64,000 nucleotides of DNA. Source: Octopus sinensis. Lineage: Eukaryota. The stretch is from contig NC_043000.1 of assembly GCF_006345805.1 (NCBI RefSeq), positions 79,794,001 through 79,858,000 of the forward strand. Reading direction: 5' to 3'. Positions 41,115 to 53,559 of this stretch are shown piece by piece. Positions within the stretch are counted from its first letter, which is position 1; every line of letters begins with the position of its first letter. The notes below the pieces were generated by a model that was given only the letters and a program-made list of their open reading frames with translations, ran no database searches and had not been told where the DNA came from. Made by a program: the position numbers and the translations under genes.

Positions 41115-41642
41115 AGGAGAGCAGTGCATGCCATCAAATGGATTACAAATATATGAAGCCCAGTATACCCATCTTGACTACCCATCTGATAAGGGTGCAC
41201 CAGGTATATGCATCACAACAATATGTACATGACAAGGTGATCTCATGTCAAGATAAACAGCATTTGACCTTGCAGGAGGGGTCCAGTTAGAATTTTCTTT
41301 AAGTTAAGTAGTCCTTCCCACTGAAAACCACTGAATGAGGTTTGTTTAAGAATGATGCGCAAAATAATCATGTTTCCAGAGCCACAAAGAATTCCTCTCA
41401 ACACATGGCTATGATGCTACCCCTCTACTTCTGCTCATGATCAAAGATGCATATATCATCAGTCACTAAGGGACATGCTCAACTAGTTAAGGTCAAGCAA
41501 CTGACAAGCAAATCTGTTGTGTGGAGCAGAATACTTGTAACCCATCTTTTATACCAAGACAAAGCAATGTACATGATAACATTCCCAATCAGCTAAGATC
41601 AGAAGTAATGAGAACCAGTGCCTGGTACTGTATCAATGCATT
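41115..41642. mobile_element. About 530-bp non-coding element, copy 1
   Basis: Homologous to 41988-42541 along its length and ends in gcatt(c/t)attatt. Confidence 0.75.
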
Positions 41643-41932
41643 CATTATTATCACTATTATTTAAGACATTGCACAGTATCCAATATCGTGATGTTGTTGA
41701 TTAAAGATATTGTAATGGGGGTTGTACCGTCTGTCATATCACAAGGACCTCAGACAGTACTTAATGTAATATGCATGCAATTCAAATCAATACCGATTTT
41801 TGCAATACACCTACATTGTAAGGTATTTCTAAAGTGTCCAGGTGTTTCTTGAAGTGGTATTGAACCTAATGCTCTGATGACAGCAGGTACAAACTTTATG
41901 TTTGACTCTTGTAACTGCTACATCTCGGTGTA

Positions 41933-41987
<55 letters not shown>

Positions 41988-42541
41988 GAGTGAGAGAGCA
42001 GTGCATGCCATCAAAGTGACACTGGGGTAAAATATATGAAGCCCAGTATACCTATCATGACTACTCATCTGATAAGGGTACACTAAGCACATGCATCACA
42101 ACTATATGTGCATAACATGGTGATCTCATAGCAAGATAAACAGCAGATGACGTTGCAGGTGAGCCCAGTTTGAATTTTCTTCTGGTCAACTAACCCATCC
42201 TGCTCAAAAGGTCCCTGAATAAGGGTTGATTAAGGATGTTGAATGAAACACCCATGTTTCAAGAGGTGAATTATTCAAACCAAAGAGTCCCTCTCAACAC
42301 ATGGCTATGATGCTCCCCAACTACTTCTGCTCGTGATCAGAGATGCACATATTGTCAGCCACTAAGGGACATGGTCAACTGGTTAAGGTCAAACAACTGA
42401 CAAGCAAATCTGTGGTATTGAGCAGAATATTTGCTGTAGCCCATCTTTTATACCAAGATAAAACAATGTACATGATAACACTTCCAATCAGTTAAGATGA
42501 GAAGTCATGAGAACCACTGCCTGGTACTGCATCAGGGCATT
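41988..42541. mobile_element. About 550-bp non-coding element embedded in (ATT)n, copy 2
   Basis: (ATT)n on both sides (41933-41987 and 42540-42555). Confidence 0.8.
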
Positions 42542-42555
42542 TATTATTATTATTG

Positions 42556-43460
42556 TACCTTGAGAGAAATGTTGTACCTAAGAAGCATCAGTTGTGATGT
42601 GCAAGAGAGACGATTGCGCTGGTATGGTCATGTGGCGAGAATGGATGAAGATAGGTGTGTGAGAAAGTGCCAATCCCTAGCAGTTGAGGGAACCCGTGGA
42701 AGAGGTAGACCCAGGAAAACCTGGGACGAGGTGGTGAAGCACGACCTTTGAACTTTAGGTCTCACCATGGAAATGACTAGAGACCGAGACCTATGGAAGT
42801 ATGCTGTGCGTGAGAAGACCCGGCAAGACTAGTGAAGCCATAACCCGTGGCCCCTACCTGGGACGTAGTCAGTCCACCTGTGCATACCTTCCTTCTTGTG
42901 ACACTTGTGAAGACCTGTTGAGGCAAGTGAAAATCAAATCAAATCAAATCAAATCAAATCAAACCAATTCAAAATAGATGAACATCAATGGAATTTGTAT
43001 CCTTGTGGTACCAGTGCCGGTGGCACATAAGAAAACCATCCGAACGTGACTGTAGCCAGTACCGCATCGACTGGCCTCCGTGCTGAGGGCACGTAACAAA
43101 CACCATCCGAGCGTGGCCGTCTGCCAGCCTCGTCTGGCACCTGTGTCGGTGGCTCATAAAAAACACCATCTGAGCGTGGCTGTCTGCCAGCCTCGTCTGG
43201 CACCTGTGTCGGTGGCACATAAAAAACACCATCCGAGCGTGGCCGTTCACCAGCCTCGTCTGGCACCTGTGTCGGTGGCACATAAAATCACCCACTACAC
43301 TCTCGGAGTGGTTGACGTTAGGAAGGGCATCCAGCTGTAGAAACACTGCCAGATCTGACTGGCCTGGTGCAGCCTTCGGACTCCCCAGACCCCAGTTGAA
43401 CCGTCCAACCCATGCTAGCATGGAAAGCGGACGTTAAACGATGATGATGATGATGATGAT
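42556..43460 (+). mobile_element. RTE-clade LINE 3' end with long structured 3' UTR
   Basis: RRLRWYGHVARMDEDRCVRK...GTRGRGRPRKTW, then (CAAAT)n, about three 62-bp tandem units (43099-43285) and a (GAT)n tail. Confidence 0.85.
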
Positions 43461-46400
43461 GATTATTATTATTAGTAGTAGTAGTAGTAGTAGGTTTTGC
43501 TCCTATAGTAGAAAGGATTGTTATTATCATTATTATTATTATTATTATTATTATTGATTATTATTGATTATTATTGGGGTGGTGTTCTGGTAGAATACTT
43601 TAAGTGTTTGGAAAAAATACCTTGTGGCATTTCTTGAACTCTTGTGAGTTAAAATTTTGCTTAGGTCACCTTGCCTCTCATCCATTCAGGGTCAATAAAA
43701 TAGAGTACCTGTCTAATATTGGGGGTCAATCAGATCAACCATTTTTGTCTCCACCAAATCTTGTTTGGTTTTACAAAATTCTCCTACCAACACTCTTTTT
43801 CTTGTAACTATTACAAGTCTAAAAATTTCTTTTGTTCAACTGGTATGAAAAGAGGATTCATCTTAATTGTTGTTTGAAGAGGTCATATTGATATCAAACT
43901 TTGGCACAAGGCCAAGTTCAAGGGAGGGGTAAGTCAATTACATCAATCCCAGAGTTCAACTGATAATTATTTTATTGACCTTAAAAGGAGGAAAGGCAAA
44001 GTTGACCTTGGTGGAATTTGAACTCAGATCATACAGATGAATTAAATGTTTCTAAGCATTTTGCCCAGCATGCTAATGATTCTGCCATGTCACTACCTCA
44101 AAGAAGAGATCATAGTATTTGATTTCATGTAATCATTGCTACAGCAATTGTCACTACTGTTGCTAACTTCAAAACTACTTATTTCAGTGTTTGGGACATT
44201 TTCCTCCATTAATTGCTCCCTAGACTGTTTAACTTCTCCCTCCTTTTGCACATTCAGTTGTTTATTTTGTGTATGTACTGTTGTTTTTAGCCATTCAATT
44301 TTGTAATATAAGTATATTTGGTAGTCATTTTGGATGTGAGAAATGTAATGTGTACATAAAATTTTTAAAGTTTGTAAAATAAATAATTTATTTTTGTCTC
44401 TGCCCAGATATTGAGGGCAAACTTTCCTTTCGTATTTATAATTCAATCTTGCAAGTTATCCAAAGACATTTTATTTGGTAATATTTGAATAAATCATGTC
44501 TTGAAGCAAATAAGCAAAAACGATATTTTCACACTATTAGAATTAAATTTAATAGCAGCAGCAGCAGCAACAGCAACAGCAACTACAACAATGATAATCA
44601 TCATCATCATCATCATTGCTTTATGTCCCCTTTCCATGCTTTCATGAGTTGAGTTGTTTTGTTGAAACAGCACTTTATGCTTGGATACTCTTCCTGTCAC
44701 CAACACATGTAGCAGCATCATACAACTTGTAGAAATATGGTGTATCTGTTCAAAAGATAAAGATACACAAGTAACACTTGTGGTAATTACATTCTTTTAC
44801 ATTCTGAATTCAAATGCCATTATAGCTCAGTAAAGTATTGGTTAGAATTGTTGCTGCTCTGATTTTCAAGACTTATGACATTTCTGATTGGGAAGTTTTA
44901 TGATAAAAAACATTTCTATTGTGACCACCCTGTCAATTTTTTTTAAAGACATTAAAGTGCAATTAATGAAATTTTGGCAGCTATTTCTAGAAAATTGACC
45001 AAGCATGTAGGAAGTCTTTTGAAGATCTATATCATGAAGTGGTGATGGGGGCAGAGTGATAAGGTAGGCTGGGTTGGGTGAGGGTAGAACAGTGTTTGAG
45101 TCAGTGTCTTACAGAAATAAGAAGTTTCATCACCCTGTATTTGCACCACTATTTAAATATTAGACTTTTATTTTGCATTATTTTGTATCGTTCGTCACAG
45201 GCTTCCTGCTGATCAATTACTGGTTTACACCATTTTCAAATGCAAGAGTAACAAAGGGCTACTTGTGCAAATTTTACAGAACAAATATCACAAGGCATCT
45301 TGTCAATGTGTACATCTTTCATTAACAGACATCAAAGGAGAAACTCACCTACATGCATACATATATACATTCATGCACACACACACACACACACACATTA
45401 AGGAACTGAATTTGTTAAACTCAGCAGAGTATTGACTAATATGTTTTGTGGTATTCCTTTTAGCTCTGCTCCCTGAATTCAAATCCTGGCATGGTTAATT
45501 TGACATTAAGAACTGGGGTGAATTATTCTCTCAATTATCAGATCTGGAGTGACAGAGATTCTGTCAGGTTTAAAAAATGCCCAAGATAATGCCAGATGAC
45601 ATGATAGCACCCATACAACTCTATTACTTGTACAAATAATTAATTTATGCTGAAATCCAAATCTCTCTACATGATTCTGTTCCTTCTAATATGGTTTATT
45701 AATTAGCTGCTGAACATAACACATAGCATTTTATCTCTTGCATCAAGTTGGATCCCCATTGATAGAATGGTCATTCTCTCAGCTGATTAAATGATGGGTC
45801 TAATGATGGTGAAGTAATTTTTCTCTACTGATAGAATAGTACTTCTAAAGATAAAATGTGAGTTCTGCAGATGGTATAGCAGCTCTACTGATACAGTGGT
45901 AGTTCTACAGATAAAAATCGTAGTTCTATAGATGGAATAGTAGTTCTACATATAGCATAATAATTTTACACATATAGCAAAGAACTGAAAGACAACTTCA
46001 GAATGCTGAACCTTTTTGATGAAATGACAAAGGGCTGAAATACCTGGCACCTTGTACTCAAGAAGACCTGTCCACCACAGCAGAAGTGTTAAGGCTACAT
46101 CCCTGGTGAAGAGGATTGACCTGTAAGAGTCCTGTGCTGGTGCCACATAAAAAGGACTTCTGCCTCATAAAGGGCACTTGTGCCAGTACCATGTAGAAGC
46201 ACCTGTACCAGTGGAACATTAAAAGCACCCAGCAGACACTTTAAAGTGGTTGGTGTTAGGAAGGGCATCCAGCCATAGAAACCAAGCCAAATCAGACTGG
46301 AACTTAGTACAGCTTGCTAGATTGCAAGCTCTGGTCAAACAGACCAATTCATGCCAACATGGAAAATGGATGTTAATGGATGATAATGAGGATGAATAGT

Positions 46401-47327
46401 AGGTCTACAGATAGAATGGTAATTCTACCGATAACAGTATGATAGTTCTAAGATGGCAAGCATTAAGATGTTGGGCAAAATGTTTAGCAGCATTTCATCC
46501 ATCTTTACATTCTGAGTTCAAATTTGCACAAGTAGCTCCTTGTTACTTTTGCATTTAGAAATGCTGTGAACCATTGTCTGATGATGGCTTAGCTTGCTTT
46601 CATCTTTTTGGGGTTGATAAAATAAGTACCAGTTAACCACTGGGGTCCATGTAATTGACTTACCCCCTTCCGTGACCTTGCTGGCCTTGTGTAATTCTTT
46701 TTAATGAAGTCAACCTTAAGAGAGAGGGAGAGGAAGAAGGAGAGAGAAAGTGTGTACATGTGCTTTGGTGAGTGAATGATAGGATTCAAGTGTTTGTGTG
46801 TGAATGCATGTGCATGTACATGCACATATGTTGTCAGTAATATATGGTGTTACAGATAGATAATATTATTGTAACAGCAGCATACTCTGACTAGTGTATC
46901 ATGTCACCTGCCATCAGAGTTGTACAGTTGTAACAAAGATTTGAGCACTACAGTATCATGCTAGACAAATGCATGTTTGCACAAATTGGCAGTCAATTAA
47001 ACAACCACCTGCCTCATATTGTGTTGGTCCTAAAGGATGGAAAACAAGTTGTCTCAGAACATAAAGAGCCAAAACAAATACAGCAAAGTCTTTTGTCTGA
47101 TGTTCTAATAAGGTGTTAGATGAACAGCTCAATGGCATCAAATGGTGAGATGGTAACAGAGTTGGATTAGCAGTTCAAATAACAGTGTTGGATTAACAAC
47201 TCAATGGTATTAAGTGAGGAAGTGATAACAATGTTGGATTAACAGCTCAATGGCATTAAGTTCAAATTTTGCATTTGAATTTTTGTTGTGTATTTAAACA
47301 ACTACTTGAATTATTCTCACTCTTCAG

Positions 47328-47490
47328 ATCTGCTGCCTGCTGTGAGTAGTTACAAGATTCTTTGAGAAATGCGACCTGTAATAAGCAAGTATATTCTATC
47401 ACAAGGAGACTTTTATCTTTCATCAGTTATATTACAAGAAGCTAAAGTTAAGTACTGGGCTGTAAAGGAAATACAGGACTTGCAAATCAA
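47328..47490 (+). other. Candidate downstream exon of the same gene, with one in-frame TGA
   Basis: ttattctcactcttcag acceptor and aa|gtatgt donor. Reads (D)LLPAVSSYKIL*EMRPVISKYILSQGDFYLSSVILQEAKVKYWAVKEIQDLQIK in unique non-repeat sequence. Confidence 0.3.
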
Positions 47491-48459
47491 GTATGTCATC
47501 AACCTAAGTTTATATATCCTACTAACAAGAAAAAACAAAAGTAAATGATGTTAAGATGCAGACATGTGTGTGTATATGGCTTAAAATTTTTTCTTCACAA
47601 CTTGCTCCAGGTTTAGATCCACTATACAGCACATGGAAACTAGGATCTGTCAGATTAACTGTTCCTGTTCTAGAAAAATAAATGTTTTGCCTCTCAGTGT
47701 TTTAACAGAATCCATTAAGTTGCATGTAATTTGCTCAAATCTTCAGTCTGAGGAAAACTTCCTCTCTCTATCCCCATCACACCACACCAGTCTTAGAGAT
47801 ACTGAGAAGTCAAGGGGACCTCATTTTCTCCTTTGATTTCACTATAAAAGATTTCAATCCTGCACAGGTCAACTTTATATTTCTCTTCAGGATTGGCAGC
47901 AGGGGTCAGTAAAATATATACTAGTGTCGTTGGTCAAATTAACCCTGCATTATCACATAAACTTCTAGATTTGGTAAACAACCATTTCCCCACTGAACCA
48001 ATGAGTGGATATCTTTGACAAAAACCAAAGGGAGACACACTCAGCCCTTCACTCAACTTGTAAGAAATAACAGGTAAATTTTTCTCAAGTTACATCCTAC
48101 CATTTAAAAAAATAAGGTAATCATTGGCTAATGTAATCTTAGATGAATTCATGACTGAATGAAAACTGGAATGTATTTCTTCATAGGTCAGCAGGTTAGC
48201 AGTTAAACAATAACGACAGCTATAGGTCAGTGCCATGTTAGAAAAAATAATTCTAGACTGTAAGAGTGATTGGTGAGGCTGACTGAAAAAGTGCACTGAT
48301 AACTATATAGCTGTTAATGAAATGCTTAGCTAATAAAACACCTAGTTAATAAATCATTTAGCTAATAAAATATCACATAAAATTACTTAGATAACGCCTA
48401 GCTAGTAAAATATGTAATCTATCAACCATATTAACAATTGTTATCATGTTCAGTTATAA

Positions 48460-48635
48460 TAAAAACAACTTTACATTAATCTGATGGGTTACTCTGTATT
48501 TCTGTGGAGTACAAATTTATTATTCTTATACAAGAATGTTGTTGACAGTGGTTTCGAAGTTTTAGCTAGTTAAATCATTGTCTGATGATGGCTTAGCTGG
48601 CTGAAACTTCGAAGTCACTGTCAATAACATTCTTT
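48460..48635. mobile_element. Palindromic insert whose centre coincides with an HHR core
   Basis: CUGAUGA 48582-88, GAAA 48603-06, palindromic CUUCGAAG, UC 48615-16. The arms fold back around 48583. Confidence 0.6.
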
Positions 48636-48869
48636 ATTCTTTCACTTGTTTCAGTCAGTTGACTGCCGCCATCCTGGGGCATAGCCTTGAAGGGTTTTAG
48701 TCAAACAAATCGACCCAAGACTTATTATTTATTTAAGCCTAGTAATTGTTCTATCAGTCTCTTCTGCCAAACTGCTAAGTTATGATGTCATAAGCATACC
48801 AATACCATTTATCAAGTGGTGGCAAGGGGACAAACACAGACATAAAGATACCCCATGTGTGTATCGTTG

Positions 48870-49047
48870 GAAATTTTTTTCCTCCATCTTCTGTTCCTTT
48901 GGACTTTCCTCTATTTCTGAAGAAGAGCTTTGCTTGAAGTGTAAAATCCTCTTTCTTTCCTTTCCTGAGTATCTGATAATACAGTACTTGTGCCATGTTC
49001 TTGCGTTATTGCTTTTTCTTGAGTGTTCTTCTTTGTTTGGATTAGGC
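48870..49047 (+). mobile_element. Decayed copy of the HHR element at 22240-22390
   Basis: atttctgaagaagagctttgcttgaagtgtaaaat...tttcctgag...tgtttggatta aligns with the reverse complement of 22240-22390. Confidence 0.7.
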
Positions 49048-49298
49048 ATAATAAGACTACACCAAGTTATGTCTCGAATCCAGAACAGTAAACAAGAGAG
49101 ACAGAGACAGGCAGAAACAAGGAAAATGCCCCTTGTATTTGAATACTATGCAAATATTCTTTTAAAAAACTTTTCATTTAATTTTTCCAAAATTTAATTG
49201 TTTCCCATACTTACAGTTGAAAAAGTCTCAATGACCGAAAATGGTACTGAAATGTTTTTTATAAAATTATTTTAGCATTTTCTACCTTGTCTTTTTTT

Positions 49299-49339
<41 letters not shown>

Positions 49340-51985
49340 ACAGGCTTCTTCTTCCAGTTCTTGCCTACCATATCCACTAACAAGGCTTTGGTCGGCCCAA
49401 GGCTATAGTAGAAGACATTTGCCATGCAGTGGAACTGCCTAGAACTATATGGTAGGGAAGCAAACTTCTTACCACACAGTGATGCCTGTGCCTATATTCT
49501 TGAATAAGAATAATAAATCTAATTTACCAAAAACATCTAACTGGTGAAAATGGTAATGGCTCCTACTCTAATAACTAAACAACCGATTCATTGTATTGTT
49601 ATGTAGGTGGCTGAATATTTTACTGACACATTTACACTCTTAATGTAATTATCAGGCATAAATCAGTAGGACACAGACATGGGCACCTTTTGCACCTCAA
49701 CAAGATACATTATGTGACCAGTCCAGACCTTTGGATTACAATAGGATTCATGCAATGAACTTCCATATAGTTTCTCTCTACCCAGTTTCATTCACATAGC
49801 TTCAGTTGATTGATCAATATCAATGGTTAAAAAAAGGTGTTGAACTGGCAGAATTGTAAGCATGCTGGGCAAAATGCTTAGTGGCATTTCATCTGTCTTT
49901 ACATTCTGAATTCAAATTTCCCTGAGGTTGACTGTACCTTTCATCCTTTTGGAGTTGATAGACTAAGTATCAGTTGAGTACTGGAGTACTGGGGTTGATG
50001 TAATCAACTTACTACCTCCCCAAAAGTTACTGGCCTTGTGCCAAAATTTGAAACCAATACATATGGTTAAAAAACACTGGCCCAAGATACTGGGATGATG
50101 GAATGTTGTTTGGCTTGTTGGGGTGGAATGTGTAAATTAACGATACACATGGGTGTAATACACAGGCCCTCCAGAATTCAGTTTCACAGAAGTGGGCACC
50201 TCTTCTCAAGAACATTATATCACCAGACATCTCAGTCCATTGTCATCCCTTCCATGAGGCTTAATATCTTGAGACTGGTCCTCACCATTTCACACTGTGT
50301 CTTTCTGGGAATTAAAACACATTAATAACAGCAGCAGCAAGAACAACATCCCCGTTCTTAATTCTCTTCAGCCTTTATAACTAGAAACTTTGTGAAAGAG
50401 TTTGATAATATTGGTTTCAAATTTTGGCACAGGGCCAGCAACTTCATGGAAGGGAGTAGTCTATTACATTGACTCCAGTACTCAACCAGTAGTTATTTTA
50501 TTGACCCCAAAAGGATGAAAGGTAAGCCTCACCTTGGAGGAATTTGAGCTCAGAATGTAAAGATGAATGAAATGTTGTTAAACATTTTTCCCAGCATGCT
50601 AATGATTCTGCCAGCTCGCCATCTTATAGCTTGATAACATTAATTTCATTAAGTATCTTGTCTCTTGAGAATGAGCTTGCTCTTTGTCTAAGTGTGAGTG
50701 AAAGGCAGGACACAGTCTTATCGTTTTGGTTGGAGGCAGATGAATGATAAAGAAATTGATGTGCCGGTGCTGAGTGGGGAATGATGTAGGGAGCGAGAAA
50801 GGGTGATGTGAGATGGAGGAATCTAAAATTGAAGAAAGAAAGTAGGAAGAAACAAAACCGTTATTATTACTTCACTTCAAAGCTTTCACATAACCTTTCA
50901 ACTATACTGACAACACCAATATTCTCTCTCACAAAGAAGCATATGAGAAGATGTGGTTGCTATTTCTAACTAGCTGACTGACAATATAGAAGTTCCCTTA
51001 TTGGTTGCAATATTCATATACCAGGTAGATGCTGATGTACTGAATGACACATATATCGAAAGGTTTTAAGGACCTGAAAATAATCTTTCCACTATTGAAA
51101 GAAAACAAAAACCCAGCAGCACTTGCTAGTAACTCCCAGAGAAAGGAGGAGGTAATTTCAAGAACCTAGGAATTAATTTCACTGGAAATTTAATTTTTCA
51201 TTCTTAGGTGAAAAAAATAATTTTTTTTGAAAATTTACTGGTTGTTGATTTCTGACTTTGTAAAGATGTGAAATGGAACATTACTTGACCTATTTTGACA
51301 CCAAGCTGCCTCAAACTGCTCTATGATACAAGCATTCCACTATAAAGTGAATTAAATTGAAACCGTCCATCAAAATTTTATGTTAATTTATGTTCCAAAC
51401 ATAAGATTAATTACGACAAAGTTATTTCACTAAATCCTTCGTTATTTTAAAATTAACTGAAACAAAGGCAGTGCCTCTCAACAGAATTATGGTTGAAAAA
51501 AGATTAAAGATAAAAAAATGAATGCCTGCAAGCACTTCTGTTTCATCAACTTTCTTGAAAATCAAACATAATATTTGATATATTGTGACATGAATATTAT
51601 TTTTCGCCCTAAGTTTATCTCAATGAAATCGTAATCAAGTTAATTGATATCAATATTTGAACTTACTAATAGCAGGAAAAAAATCTTGAAGCTTTCAGTA
51701 AAACTAAATTATATTAGCCCTGTCAAACATTATGGTTGATTAAATGAAGCGAAATATTTCTTTCAGCAAAATTTGAGACCTTCATAATTAGTAATGTTGC
51801 TTTAAGTTCTGAGTCTAAACCTTGTTGAAATTGGTTTTGCCTTTCATTTTAATGATCAATAAAATAAAGAACCAGCCCCCAAAATTAAGATAGATTTAAT
51901 CCATTAACTCACCCACTTAAATTTTTGGAAGGCTACTCCTCCTCCTCCTCCTCCTTTTGTCATACATATATACATACATACATAT

Positions 51986-52071
<86 letters not shown>

Positions 52072-52261
52072 CATACACATGTATATATATATACATATAC
52101 ATACGTATATACATATATACATATATACATATACATATATATACATATATATACATATATATACATATACATATACATATGTATATATATACATATATAT
52201 ACACACACACACACATATATATATATGCACACACATATATACATATATATACACATAAATA

Positions 52262-53173
52262 TCTACTACATATGTGGGAAATTCTGTCTGTGGGTGTGCT
52301 TATGGAGTCATTAGCTAACTCCTCCTACATCGTTATATCAATTTTGATGAAACTTGATGCATGAGTACAATTCATGTCTGGAAACCTCATGGCATACTCA
52401 GATTGTTGAAAAAATCGGTAATAGGGCCCCTGGGAGGGATCCTTATATATATATATCTAATATATTTTATTTGAAAAGCCAAGGGAAATAATCCATTTGC
52501 CCCTGGAATGGACCCGTGTATATAGCCAAGTGGAATAACCCATTCGTTTTCCTAAATTATTTGGTAAAAATGAAATTGAGTATGCTTATTTCTTAATATT
52601 TGAACTGCTAGATTTATTTTCGCAATTTATCCAGTACAATCCTTAAACAAGTAAATAGTATTTTCCTAAACAAAAGACCCACTTATTTTGGTTAGTGATT
52701 TATTCCTGAATATACCAACACTAGCGCCCCTGAGGGTAATATTCTCTTGGAATGCACAAAAGCCCTTTTCAGAGATGTTTACTTTGAATTGTTATTATCT
52801 TATATCTGATTAGCCTGTTATTACGTAACATGCTTCGCGATTTTAGTATTCATACCTTATATGTATTTTCTCCTATGTTCTATATACTCTGGAAACGCAT
52901 TAAAGCTCATTTTGGTGCTACTTCATTTGAATTCTTACTATCAGGTAACTAATTTCATGTTATTACATAACTGACTCACAATTTGGATATTCTTGGGAAT
53001 TACATAAAATAAGATCCTGTGTAAGACAGTTCAGTAATCTCCGTAAATGCAAAAAAACATTTTTAAGGGCTACATACTTTGCATTGTTGCTATTGGATTA
53101 GCGAAACAATTATGAGAATGGAACCAAGGGATCAGTCCTGCTTTTCACAGGAATTACCGGGTACGTCAACTTG
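52262..53173 (+). mobile_element. Helitron-like non-autonomous element (decayed 3' end)
   Basis: a|TC start. The 3' end cacaggaattaccgggtacgtcaaCTTG|t resembles a hairpin plus CTAG terminus. Confidence 0.4.
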
Positions 53174-53559
53174 TATATACATACATATCTATATCTATAG
53201 CTATCTATCTATATCTATATATATATATATATTAATAAATATATATATATACATATATATTTACTAATAAATATATATATATAACATATATATACATATA
53301 TATATATATACATATATACATATATATATATATACATATATACATATATGCACACACATACATATATGTGTATGTTTATATATGTATAGATATACACATA
53401 TATATGCCAGATGCATCCTTGTTACACAAGAAAAGCCATTGCCAAGAAGACTTACTGAAATGATTCATGATTGTTGCCCTATGATAGCCTTATATGACTT
53501 TTAAGCCTGGCTAAACTTTTACACATTTTATTACATACTAGACAACTGTCCTGGCTTGC

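Noticed and set aside
43099-43285. CRISPR-like hairpin repeats
   Set aside because: The units are contiguous with no unique spacers, there are no cas genes, and the context is a eukaryotic LINE 3' UTR.
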